Notes under the pieces: model-generated
What the model was told of the DNA's origin: nothing
The model's input: the letters and a program-made list of their open reading frames with translations, nothing else
Databases searched by the model: none
Part shown: piece after piece, positions 51,401-64,000 of the stretch
How positions within the stretch are numbered: position 1 is the stretch's first letter
How the letters are laid out: each line of letters starts with the position of its first letter
NCBI GenBank assembly: GCA_040954595.2
Contig: CM082593.2
Coordinates: 1,746,901-1,810,900 of the forward strand
Reading direction: 5' to 3'
DNA from: Balanoglossus misakiensis
Lineage: Eukaryota > Animalia > Hemichordata
Length of the DNA: 64,000 nucleotides
Program-made: the position numbers and the translations under genes

Positions 51401-53824
51401 TAGTTGGTCTCTATTTTAATAGCGAACATGCCTTAAATTTCATCATCTATGCTTGATTCGATTCAATAATGAGAGAATTGAATAATCTAGGATGACGTCA
51501 CTTGGATCATCAAGAATTCGGGAGATTAGTATTAAAAGTTTGATAGTCTTGTCGAAACTCTCTTGAGACATGATAGTGGATTCCATATGACTTGGACTTA
51601 ATTAATATGAAATGCGTTTATCACTGCAGTATGGTGATGACGTGCCTGACACTAAAAGGGCAATTTGAGCCCTGAAATGTGGCAACTTCTCTGCATGTTT
51701 TGTCGATGCTGTGACATTGCTTCACCGCGGCTGACAATAAATAATTGAATAACCATGTGCAATTTGCAAAATTGGTTGGATATCATTGCCCGCTGACAGC
51801 TAAATAGTTTTATGATTAACTTTGCCAAGATTTTGAGACCCTTACAACATGGGTTTAATTTCCTTCGAACGCTGTAGTCTGTGCATAATGGTATTATAGT
51901 GAAGCTTATAGACACTTTAAATAGGGAGAATTTTTTGTTGCTAGACTAGTGTTGATTTGTGTCATTTAACATACAGAATGCAGACACAAGGTGTTTTATA
52001 TAACAGTAAATAATCCAAATAGATTCATGCTTTCCTTCTTATATGTTTTCCAGTCCAATAGATAGCTCTAAGAGTTCCTCACAACAAATAGACAATGGCA
52101 CTTTATTTGAGTAAATGAAAATACCAACGACTGAACCTATTCACGTTCGCCAAAATGGCGCCGCTGGATGACTGAACCTAGACACTCAAAGCTACCACAA
52201 TCAAAGTTACCCTTTAATAATGTCGTTGGAGTATTCACGATTGACACAGAAATTCATCATTATTAGCCAAAAAGCCGAACAATATCTGGATTTCCTTGTC
52301 TTATTACTTCTCAAGTTCTCATCCAACCAACCATGACATTGTGACGACTCTTGAAGAGGATATTGCTTTTTGTTACTGAGAATGATGCTGAGTATCGCAC
52401 AATCAGTTATTCAGTCTGGACATTTGCATAGGTGACCGTATACCTTTAGTGAAAACCACTATATGTTCATGTAACTGTCAACCACATTGCACTCTTCAAG
52501 TTTCCAATATTTGCACATTGTACCATGGAGACAACTTACTGGTGGTGGGAGAGTAATTAAGGTGTGCGTGTTTTCCATTGCAGCATTGCTGTGTCCTTGA
52601 CGCTGGAAGCATTACAAGACTTGTGAGCTATTTCATTTAACTCTATGCAAGGCAGATGATTAACATGACCAGGAAAGAACAATCATGCATTCCTAGGTTT
52701 ACTTAATCAAAATCGTGGCATTGTAGCCATCGATACAGACAAGTGAAAATGTGACATAAGCGCAACTCTGTTAACATCAAACGCTGTAATCCAAATTAAT
52801 CTCTTGCACAAGAATGACATAAACTTGTATAGTTTCCCTGTCAATCATCACCAACATGCTGCTGAAAATATATTTGACAATCCATATCATCCTCAGCTGA
52901 GACAGAAAACATTTAGATATGAAAACTCAACATTTTTACATTAATTTTTTAGGTACATTGGGGCAATTTGTCTTCTCTTAAGATACAAAATATTAAAAAA
53001 CAACCAAGTATAAATGTGTGATAGATAGGCTACCGAGCGTCGCCACGGTTATTCTAGACAGATATGTGCTTGCTGAGTATGGTAAGATCACACATATAAT
53101 TGTCTCTGTCATGTTCTTAAAAGGCACTTGGTGGAGCATCCGAATTGATGTAGACGTCGATGGTTTACGTCTTATACAGAGTAACCTCTCTTCTTCCCAT
53201 CAAAAATGTAAATAAGACCGAGACAATCTCACTGGAGCAGTCTGTTCAAGATGAAATGTCTGCATTTATATAATTAGGTTTCTGTGTACACCTAACTTAC
53301 AAACGTGTTCAATAGAAGATTCAAAGACAGAACATGAGGTGTGTTGTGGTTTATGCTGTCCAAATTGACCAATATACAAATTTCAATTGCCAGCATTATA
53401 TTAGTAGTTGGTCATGCACCAATGCATCTACAGCTAGGATGTGGGAGGGTTGTTATTATTACATACAATTAATGTGAATTCTCCAATAACGAGAAGCCTT
53501 TCCCAGGTAAAAAAGTAAAGTTCATGGAGTTTGACTTTTATGTATGGTACGTGTACAGCCATATATTCAATCATCATGAATAACTTTTATCCTTTACTTT
53601 TATTACACATGTTCATCCAAGCGATATGGTTATAGCCATTTCATTATCAGAGCAAAATAACACTTTGAAAGATGTTGCATGGGTGAAATCATAGAAAGAC
53701 ACTGCAGTTTGCTTATATGGAACTAGCGTGGGGATTTATTTTGAATTCGTTAGATTTTATTGTCACATTATAAAGAGTTTGTGCACATAATAGATTTGAC
53801 TCATGTGTATAGCTAGAACTATAA

Positions 53825-53930
53825 ACACCTTGAAGTCGTTAATATCATAAAAACTTTGGAGTATTCTTGTAAGATTTACACCTTGAAGTCGTTAATATCA
53901 TAAAAACTTTGGAGTATTCTTGTAAGATTT
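53825..53930. repeat. Perfect 53-bp tandem duplication
   Basis: acaccttgaagtcgttaatatcataaaaactttggagtattcttgtaagattt x2. Confidence 0.95.
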
Positions 53931-55788
53931 ATTTATTTTCTTGTGAATCAAATATCCCCAATTTGGGAAAAACCATAATATTTGTTTCCTCAGTTTTATT
54001 GCGGATTTCCACCTTTATTACGGAATCTTGTTTTTTATAATCGACGTTACTGTAGGATAATAATAACATTATTAGCTTGCAGTCACTGACATTCTTTGTG
54101 TAAAACATTCCGACGGTTATATTCAAGTTGAAAATAATGGTTATGTTCCACCTGGGTATTAGATGTTACTCCAGGTAGATATTTAATAGGAATGTTCAAT
54201 TGAGTTCCATATTATAAAGCAAAGTATACAATGGTCAGGGGTGTAGTTTTGGCCACATGTACAATGCATTAGTGGTGGATTGTTTATTCATTTACACATA
54301 CATGTGAATGAGAGCTTGATGCCTCAAGGTTTATGTTTGCGCATGTGTATTACTATTACGCATGTCGCAATGTTCACTACCCACAAAATTTAATATGTAT
54401 GGGGATATAGTTTGCTGTGTATTTATAAAGTCGTTCAAAAATTATTGTGTGTTGTTGACAGGGCAAGAGTTTATCTTATTGACGTGACTTGACTTTTGCA
54501 CCTGATGGATGAATATGTTTGAAGGCAAAGGACTTAAGATACAATCAGTTTTCACCTCAGATGTCACCACGAAGAGACATCAATGCATTTAACGGAAGGG
54601 GTTTTGCGGAGAAACACGTTACTTATCCCTGAGAATGCACTCCCTTAGGGGTTCGATGAGAGATAGGAAATCAAGGGGGTTGTGAATACCGCAACGAAAT
54701 CCCTGCGTCAGTGGTCTGATATGAAAAAGAAACACTTCACGAACAAATCATGGGGCCTTTCCGACAATAGAACGTGTTAATGGGGATATGGTGTGTAGAA
54801 GTCCATGGTAATTGTAGCCTGTGATTACCCTGTCAACGTGAAGCATTCCTTCGAACTGATCGCCTGGTTAATGGTGGCAAGAGCTGCCACGGCCTATCAT
54901 TGGCCCGTCAAAGAACTTGTTAAATGCCATTTCTGGTTATGAATACTTGGGTGGACATTTGCCAACTATTGGTGGATGGGTTGAACATGGCATGCATTTC
55001 AGGAATTCAAAAGTACATGTCTATGCATCTCCAGTCTCACCACACTTATCTCGGAGAAAGACTATACCTATCCCTTGTGGAAGTTAACATCTAAAGTAGT
55101 CCCCATGTACCATTACTGGAAAAATGTTCACCATGATACATTCCCTCGACTTCAACTGAAATAGAGGTTAAATTTGACTTTTAACTTTTTCCAACTTGCT
55201 TCTGAAAGAACACCAAAGTAACTATTCGTCAACAATTTTAAGTCTTGCTTTCATGTCTTTATTTTTGACTTGCTTGTTTTTTATCCATTTGTCAAACTCT
55301 TCCCCAATTTTCACTCAAACACTTACTCAATGACACAATGTTTTCACTCAACTGTGACTGAGTGCTTTGCTCCGTAAATTTCAATACTCTCTAATTGTGA
55401 ATAACTCGCTTCTCCAATTTACCTTTGAAGAATGTAGAAGACGTTTGATTCAAGTGCTATTCTGTCAGCGAAAAAAATCCTTTCCACACTGATGGTCCAC
55501 GTTTGCTCTAATTTCTGTACATGACAAAATGCGAACACGAACCACTGTGTATATGTACACAAACCAATGTCGAAACGAGGGCACCAGACGATTTCTGATT
55601 TCCATGATTTCAGAGTGCCATCGGGTCACCATCTTGACCAAATTAGGAAAACGTGACGATGTATCAAGAGTTTTTGACTATTACTCTGATGGTATGGCAA
55701 TGCGCTGTACTTCAATGCCTTGACGATGACTGGAACATCCTTGTTTGTTGCACATAGCTCAGAGCAAAGAAAATATTACATGAGTGTT

Positions 55789-55822
55789 TCAGCTGGAATC
55801 ATTACTCAGCTGGAATCATTAC
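55789..55822. repeat. Perfect 17-bp tandem duplication
   Basis: tcagctggaatcattac x2. Confidence 0.9.
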
Positions 55823-58800
55823 TAAGTATACTCAGACAGACTGATCACTCAATTTTTGGCGCAGTTAATATTGCAAACTCAATCATAGCTTAAGCTTTTT
55901 GTAGGAGGTTTAATGCTGGGCTGTGATCCCGGGCAGTACGTGATGCTTTGAGAAATGCAGTAGCAAGGGCTTGTATTTGACAACATGTCGGGAGTGTTGT
56001 AAAACACCACGTTACAACCAATGTCACTTAGAGAAACCACGGTTGGATGTTTATATCCCCATGTTCCATGTCGATACAAGTCTTTGAAATGCAGTGTGTG
56101 GATGCATCAGGAACCTAATTTGCATCTTGAGCAATTATCGGCCAAATATATGACAGTGGGTATTGGAGATTGCAGAGACTTGATATGCATGCAACGTTAG
56201 TTTTCCTACTCCATAGTGAATATGCAATCACAGTACTTAATCAAAACATGAACACATAATCCAGAAAATATATTTTAATTAGGTCTCAAAGGTTCTAACT
56301 AAATAAATTGCGGGTACACAGTACTGTTTCTTGGATTAGGGACACTGTTAGCCTTTACAGACAAAAGTGACATATTACAATTTTACTATCTCCACTCACC
56401 GGATTTGGTACAACTACGTCAACCACCGAACGAATTTGTTAAATTTATCAGAGCAGGTAATATTTGTTTCCTTATCAACTTTACTGTATCAGAATGTACG
56501 TTCGCACAGGGAATTCTCTCTTCGATGAAGTGGAATGAATCTGTGTCTTTCTGGCAAACGTTATGAGGTTAGGCATGCTTTACGATGCCCGGTGTTACTG
56601 TAAACTTTGCAACTAAAACAATGTTCGTAAATCATACGCCTTCTGTCTATAATCACCAAGAGAGTTATTGTGTGAGTGAACCTGTAGCATTAGCAATGAT
56701 GAGTTGTATAAAGTTGTAGTCTGAAAGTATATCACCTGGGTAGCTTCAAACATATAGTCATATTGAAGCTTAAATGAAACATATTGAAATATTTTTTTTA
56801 AATATCGACAAGCTGTTCGAGCTGTACACCTTTGGTACATTACATTGCATTTTAAAACATAATTTGTTTAGTTGTGTTTTGATAAATATATGAAATGAAG
56901 AAAATAAATCAATGGGCCTAATGTACATTCAAAACATTCGTGACAAACCTATACTATATATCGAGAATAAAAAAATCTGCAGTACTTACTTACTCGAGCT
57001 TCAATCAATGCAGTAAATATTTCACAAAGATACGCTAAATTGAGCATTTCTTGAAGGACTGTCAATGTCTCCACCCGTGCGTATCCATCGTTTACTCAAC
57101 GTGATTCACAGATCGAGAAAGTGAAATCACTGAGCGGTTATCGGTACTGCCGTCTGTTGTTCTCTGTCGGCCAACTTACACACCCGTTTCAGTCGGATGT
57201 GATTTGCGTCATTCATAACTTACCAAGCCGAACGTCCCATGTTTGCTCGGTCTCAACCAACCAAACACGAAAACGTCAATACAGAACTGCTCATTTTGTA
57301 CGTCACAAACATGTCCAATCGGCTTATGAAGCAGATCTTGTTACACACACTAACATGTTTGCTTGATGAAGCTAACGCACAGACCTTGTTGCAAATTCGA
57401 AAGATCGCCGATAACAATACTGAATACGTTAAAATGGTCTTTTCTCTGATGCTGTCACTATGTGTAGCTATCATGCGCACCTATAAAGTAATTGCGACCG
57501 GCATCTAATAAACAGGCCATACTTTCTTAGTCCTGAGGTCACTTCAGTCTCACTTCCCCTAAATACCTAATTGGAAGTCGTCGCCCCTGAAAAATTACCA
57601 GTTAGCGCAATTGTGGTTTTCCCTAGGAAACGAATTAGTTTGGAAAATGGACTGCATAATTGAATAACGTAATATCCTTACATTTGTCGATTTGGCATGA
57701 TTTAAAAAGCAATCTTCAACAAGGAGATTCCCCTATGATTGTCCTTTTGCCTTGACTTATGGGTTTGATGCCCAGAGACCACATCTCACATTTTGAAAGT
57801 ATTAAGATCACAAGTGAAGCAAAGATGAGCAAAGTTTACAATTGCATGTCATATTCGATCGAAATTTTTGCTGAACTGGAGATCTTAATCCAAAGAAATG
57901 CGTGATATGCATTGAATTGTTGAAACCACTGACCAGGTTGAATCAATCTTTGTGGAGTGACCATGGTTGAAATTACCGACCGAGCATTCATGATTAAACA
58001 CAGGTTATGTACATGTGACCAAGCATTCATAATTATACGCCTATGTATGCAAACGCCAACGCGCTTATGAATAAGATACGCACAAACATAGAAACAAATG
58101 TACTTCACATTTCAACTTGCCAGCTTCGTCATCCAAAGGTGCGTGTCCTGTATTCCCTGGGCCTTTATGCTGTTAGCGGATATGCTACGATGCTCACTCA
58201 ATTACGTTGACTTCCAATATCCCCAGTCCTAATAACTTTGACCTTACTCTAATCAAATTTCAATTGACAGGGACATTGTTTTTACATCATGTCGCCCTGG
58301 TATATCCACGTTACTGTGGTAACGTAATTTCCGTATTGAAGAGCTCAAAGACCATGTCATCGAGACTTGGAGCATGAACTTTAATGTTTAACCTAGAAAC
58401 GATTTTATTAAAAAGAAAATAAACATGCGCAGATTCTATTGTCTGATGTACAACTGATTTGTGAATGATTTCTTCTGAACAGCTGGACTTGCCGGTGTTG
58501 TGATGAAGACAATTTTCTTGTCAGAACCATAGTAAAATGGTCATTGAGTAGGATATACTGACATAACTTGATTAAAAGAAACCTTCAAAGGATGTCGACC
58601 AGCCTCAATTTTAACCCCAAATATGCAAATCGGTCATTTAATAATGTACTAACGATTCATGTGTACATTCCTGTAATAGCAATTTAAAGGCTACGTAAAA
58701 TATTTATTTTGCAGATTTTTTCATGATCTGTTACGGGCTGGGTCCACACACCTCAAAACACATTACTATTTACAGAATTCTGAGATCAAGCAGTCTTGGT

Positions 58801-61800
58801 TTATACAGCAGGTGGCATATATGACAAAATAAACAGTACCCTCATCATTCCTTTATACAGACCATATACCTCTTTAACTAAAAAGTACCCAGGGTTCAAG
58901 GACGTCTCCAATTTTGCCAGTAAAGCTGCGTGTCATCATTGAAGATTAGTTGCTGGGCAAATTTTCGCTGCTCACACCTGTAACACAGGAGATGTTGGGA
59001 ATCGGATTAAGTCTGATATGATATTTTCTTGGTCATTAAGGAGGGGATAATATTGCTATATCAACGGTACTAAATTGGTATGAGAAATACACAATACTAG
59101 TGCGAGAATAACATGTTTTTGGAGAGTACACGTTATAAACAACCACGTTGGCCTAGTGGTGGTAATTTCATGTTCATTGCATGATGGGTACTTTGACAGC
59201 AAGACTGAGCAAAATAAAAACAAGAATTTATCTAATAATGTCGGCAGACGTCATCAGTATTTGCGTTCGTTATCTTCATCCCGAGTCAGAATTTTATTTT
59301 CATCGCCAGGGGATAAAACTTCATTTTCATTGTGCGATTACAGCTTTGAAGTTCCAATCAAAATGTAATATTGCCCACAGACTAACAATATGACGTCATA
59401 AAAATTTAAAAAATTACACTAGAAATTCTTCAAGATATATTTTATTTCTAAGGTGTTATCCACTTACCATCTGTAAATGTAGGATTACAAATTGGCGCTT
59501 TAATTATTTCCTGCTTGTTCATATAAGTAGCTCTCACCTCTGTGGTTTATTGTTCCAACTTGTATCGATAAAACAATTCTTCAATTATGCCTTTTTTGTT
59601 GTACTATTATGCGAACTACTTCACTCTGGATTTCAATTTTGAAGGTGAACACATGAAAGGATGAAAAAAAATTGTTGTTGTGAAGACAACATCAAACTCA
59701 TTTGGCACTGCACATATGCCTCCAGTATGACCTTCAATCAGAAATAAAACTTGAAAAGATGACCCATAGTTAAATTTTCGGGATTGATAGATATATCAGA
59801 GGGTCCTCAGATGAGACTGTAATAAAATTTCATTGGCATAGTTTCTTTGTACCATACCGTGTTTTACGTGATTATAGGTCGGTTCATGGAAAGGTGTGTT
59901 TGATGTCTGTAATGGGCGCCTGAAGGATAGTGGACTACGGTATACCAATAATTCAAATATACGGATGTTGTCTAATAGATGCAACATGCTGTTTGCGTCC
60001 CTCACTTGAGACATGTTCATGACGTAGCGAATAATCTAGGGGCAATGGACAACCCAATGAATATTGATGTACAAGACCCTGAGAAAACCGAGGGAAATTT
60101 CAATATGGAATATTTTATGACTTAACAGATTACAATTAGTGTTTTCTCTCCCGGCCATCGAATACAGTTTACGTAAAAAGTCAAATAAAACTATCTTACC
60201 ACAATATTGAAGCATTATCCCGAGGCAAATTCCTACAGTCGAGATGTTTGCCAACAGGAAAGACAATTAAAGTACAGTATATCATTTCTGCTTGGTGACA
60301 TCAAAGCCATTATTCATTATTAAAATGATCACCCGTGGGGAGTTATGAAATCATAAAGTCAACAGGATGTGCACCCACATCGTGACGCTTTCCTTTAAGT
60401 TTGATTGGCTGACAACAATAAGCATGTCCTGTAATAAGGCTTTGAAGTTGTACAGATATAAAGTGCAGTTCAAGTTCGCATGCCAAACAAAGCGTTTAAT
60501 ACTGCATGTCAACTTTCTTTGCTCTAGCCTCCTGAGAACTGGGCTGTGGTGAATGGTCCATTACGCCCGCAATTTTATGATCCCTGATCCTCTTCAGATG
60601 TGTGCAATGATACAAGCTTGATTGAAATGATTATCTTAGGTTGCCAAATGATTTTTTTGCTTGGACTCTGTATTCCATCTGAATATCTTCCAATCGTTGT
60701 TATGGAAAATAAATGCAAAGTTAGGATAAATTTCTGTTTGATTGCTTCAAACACAATCAGTAAAGGGATCTTATTCCATGTTCGCAGAATGGATTGATAA
60801 GAGAAACAATTTTTAGTGATGCATAGAAATTCATTCCTATGAAGATGTAAAATACAAAAAGGGGCGAGCCACAATGAAACACCTCTTATTCAAAATGAAG
60901 CAAGGGTTTTGGACTGAGACACATTTAACTCCTGGATTTACGTAGACATTAATACCTAACGTAGACAAGAAAGTCATCTCAGAATTGACAGGCCCAAAAC
61001 ACATGCAGATATTGAGATACCATGACATTTGAGGTCCTTATTGGAACCCTTGTTAAGATGAAAGAAGATATGTGGTTGTGACAAAAAGGCGCATGCAGCA
61101 TTAAGCGATAGAAAGCTTGTGATTGGAGTAGATATGTGTTATCTTTCATCAGAGTATCAAAGGAATACGCATTAAGGATAGTAGTATTAATGGTAGATGC
61201 TGGTCTACAGTTAAATGTTTTCCCATACCTGCTATTGTCTCTGTGAACTAGTTGTGTGTGTGTACCCGATACATATTTATTTTAAAGGTTTTGCCACTGG
61301 GTATGAACAGCACTCTTGGAAGGACTGTGGAAATGTCGCATCATTTAATCCAATATGCATTTAAATAACTTGTGTATACTGACCATGTGGTGGGGTGTGA
61401 AACCATCCAGCTATCAGAAGAAAACTACATTTGTAACAGATGTGCAGCGAAATGGTTTTCTCGCATGTTTCCATTGGCACTGCTCCTAAAACTAACACAC
61501 TGGACAACGCACTTTAAAAGAACGTTTTCACATTCTGTCAAGACATTCACCACTTGAAATCGACCGCCCTTTCTCGAGGCGTGAACAGTTAACACTTGAG
61601 GGCTTTTCCCTGACGCTAATAATGGGTATGGATTTTCCTCTGCGTACAAGTAGCACTCTGCGTTGATTCTTGGTTGAAAGGTTGCTATTTAGCTAATCGC
61701 TAGCTTAAACCTAGAGTGCACACTAAAACAAAATAAACAGTGCTTTTAAAATATTATCAAAGAAGTATTGATTTTTATTATTTGACAGAACATTTTAACT

Positions 61801-64000
61801 CAGTATAATATAAAGATGTCACCATAACACACCGTAACACAGGGCCAATACAACAAGCATAATAAAAACAGGGCCTAAATTTTACTGATTTTACTGTCTC
61901 ACTGTGTTACAAGGAACACATGATATTGGCAACGAGAACTGCCTCTTTGCAGTATACAGAATTTTACAATGAAGTGAAACGTGTGGTTTTAACATCTGCA
62001 AAATATAATTGCGGCATATTGCATGGAAATCGCAAAGTGCACCACATGTGTTTGCTCATGGTCCCAACAGGCAGATGTATACACGAACAAGGATAAATGC
62101 TAGAACGTTTTCCTGGCATCAGTCACCTTGCAAGCTACGAGGAAAACTTCAATTAGGCTACATTTCGTGGTTTATAATAGCGAATAAAATTGAATTAGCA
62201 TGTGCGGGCCTTTGCATGTACACTAGTAACGACTAGCTACAGCCCTTGAAAATATAGACATTTATAGAATTTGTATTGTACTATACAGAAGAGCGTTGCA
62301 ATTTTATTAACATCCCATCATCTAAAATCACTATTTTATACAATTAATTCACCTTTGATGCCAAATTCTTCGGTTAAAAGACATCATTATTAAGGTGACA
62401 CACAGATCATATGATGATGCCCGTAGACCATCGCCTATTGATCGTCTTTATAGTATTCGACCTATGCTGTAATGTGAAATTTGATTTACTTTCCATTAAC
62501 TTGAACAGTTTCTTATGTGCCGTGTGCTTTTTTATGGAACAAATCAATCAGTTTTAGATAATTTACCGCATATAACTGAGCACAAAGGCTGTTTATATGA
62601 AAGAATACGACAAAATAACGCTTTGAGCTGTTTTCTTTGTGATTAAAGCAATGCAGAATTGAATAAACTGTATATCTAGACCACCCTTCAGATAAAGTAT
62701 AATTTCTGGTGAATATGCATGCGGCTGTATCCACACATGCTTGCCGAGACATTTGATTCATGGATTTTTAGAGTCATAAGGAGGTGAAAGTTTGTTTTCA
62801 GTTATGTATGTCTCAAAAGAGAACTATCCCAGACGTTGCCGATAGTTAGGCATAAAATAAAGTGCCACCCTAGAATTGGCAGAGCACAAGGTTATATCGT
62901 CAGTGAGGCACATTATTAGGTCAGAAAGGTAAACATGATTTGGATGTAAATCAATCGCGCTTTGTGACTCCTGTCGTTATGTCATTACCCATCGGACTGG
63001 GATTGGACCGAAATCATTCCTCTAATTGAAGGGTGTGCTGTGACCTTTCAAATTGTAGCAAAAGTAAAGATAGGTTTTACATCAAGCTACAATTCGTATT
63101 TCTGGTAATGTGACAGTAATAGCACAGTAGAGACAGTTAGTTTACAAGGTGCAGAAGATTCATTTGCCAGGTCTCTTGCCTAGAGTTGCAATGGGGATTC
63201 AGAAATCTAAATTAAAATTGCATGACTGACGATGTTATCCTGGACATAACTCAATCAACTGTGCAATACCCGAGAATTTTATAATAGGCAAAAGGGCAAC
63301 TTTGATTGACGGAGAGCAGTTGGCTGCATGGTGAAAACGATCGTTCAGCCTGCAATCACGACAGAAGGGGCATTTTTATATCACACGTAGGATTTAAGAA
63401 GTTACACAAGATCCAACTTTTCACCCTGTCTTGGTTAGCATAACAAGTACGTCCTGTAACTTCAATAACCCCTTTTGACATGAAGACTTTCCAAGTCAGC
63501 TTCTACGTATGCAGTAATTCTGGCGATTTTAAGAATTACCTAGGGAAAAACTGAATAATTTTAAGTTGTACATTTAATCAACCCCTATATCCCCAAGGTC
63601 ACCATAGTTTTTCCTAATAATACGGTATAATTCAAGATTAGTATAAATGCATCCAACCCAGGATGGAACCATGTCAACACTTAATGACGTATGGAGATTG
63701 CCACTCAATCATAATATTATCGTTTACAGTGTGTCTGTATATTAATTTAAGTAGTGATTGACTGCACGCGAGTATTTTGAGCACTACACACGCTTAACCA
63801 TGGCTGAATTCTAATCTCAAACTGTGTATTGATATTTAATGGTGCAATATCTGTATTTTGGACTTTGAAAAAATATTTAATGGCGATTGCATTGTTTTTC
63901 AAAACCACACACCCCAAAAATTAATTATATACTTGATGAGCGAGACAAATTAGCTTAGATTAATTTCTAAAATATCAAATATCAATACACAGTTTGAGAT

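Noticed and set aside
1-64000. Prokaryotic-type systems (CRISPR arrays, operons), rRNA/tRNA genes, a neuropeptide precursor
   Set aside because: No repeat-spacer array, cloverleaf, rRNA-like tract, or signal-peptide ORF with repeated amidation/dibasic sites was seen.

Overview
AT-rich, intron-containing eukaryotic DNA, most likely an invertebrate animal; the taxon cannot be fixed from sequence alone. The only protein-coding content I can support is a tail-to-tail pair of paralogous tachykinin-receptor-type class A GPCR genes. Gene A (+) is join 25597..26234, 31241..31391, 33965..34161, 35455..35641 (390 aa). Gene B (-) is join 45419..44749, 44520..44370, 44196..44000, 42373..42175 (405 aa). 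Both have the same intron positions and phases (2,0,2) and the same internal exon sizes (151 and 197 nt). The most notable observation is that gene B has two homologous helix-8/C-tail exons in tandem (4a at 43710..43545, 4b at 42373..42175), predicting alternatively spliced receptors with different cytoplasmic tails. The window also holds a ~2 kb non-autonomous Helentron/HINE-type element with intact terminal hairpins, several small repeats, and candidate distal non-coding first exons. The remaining short ORFs in the track look like noise. No rRNA, tRNA or CRISPR features were seen.
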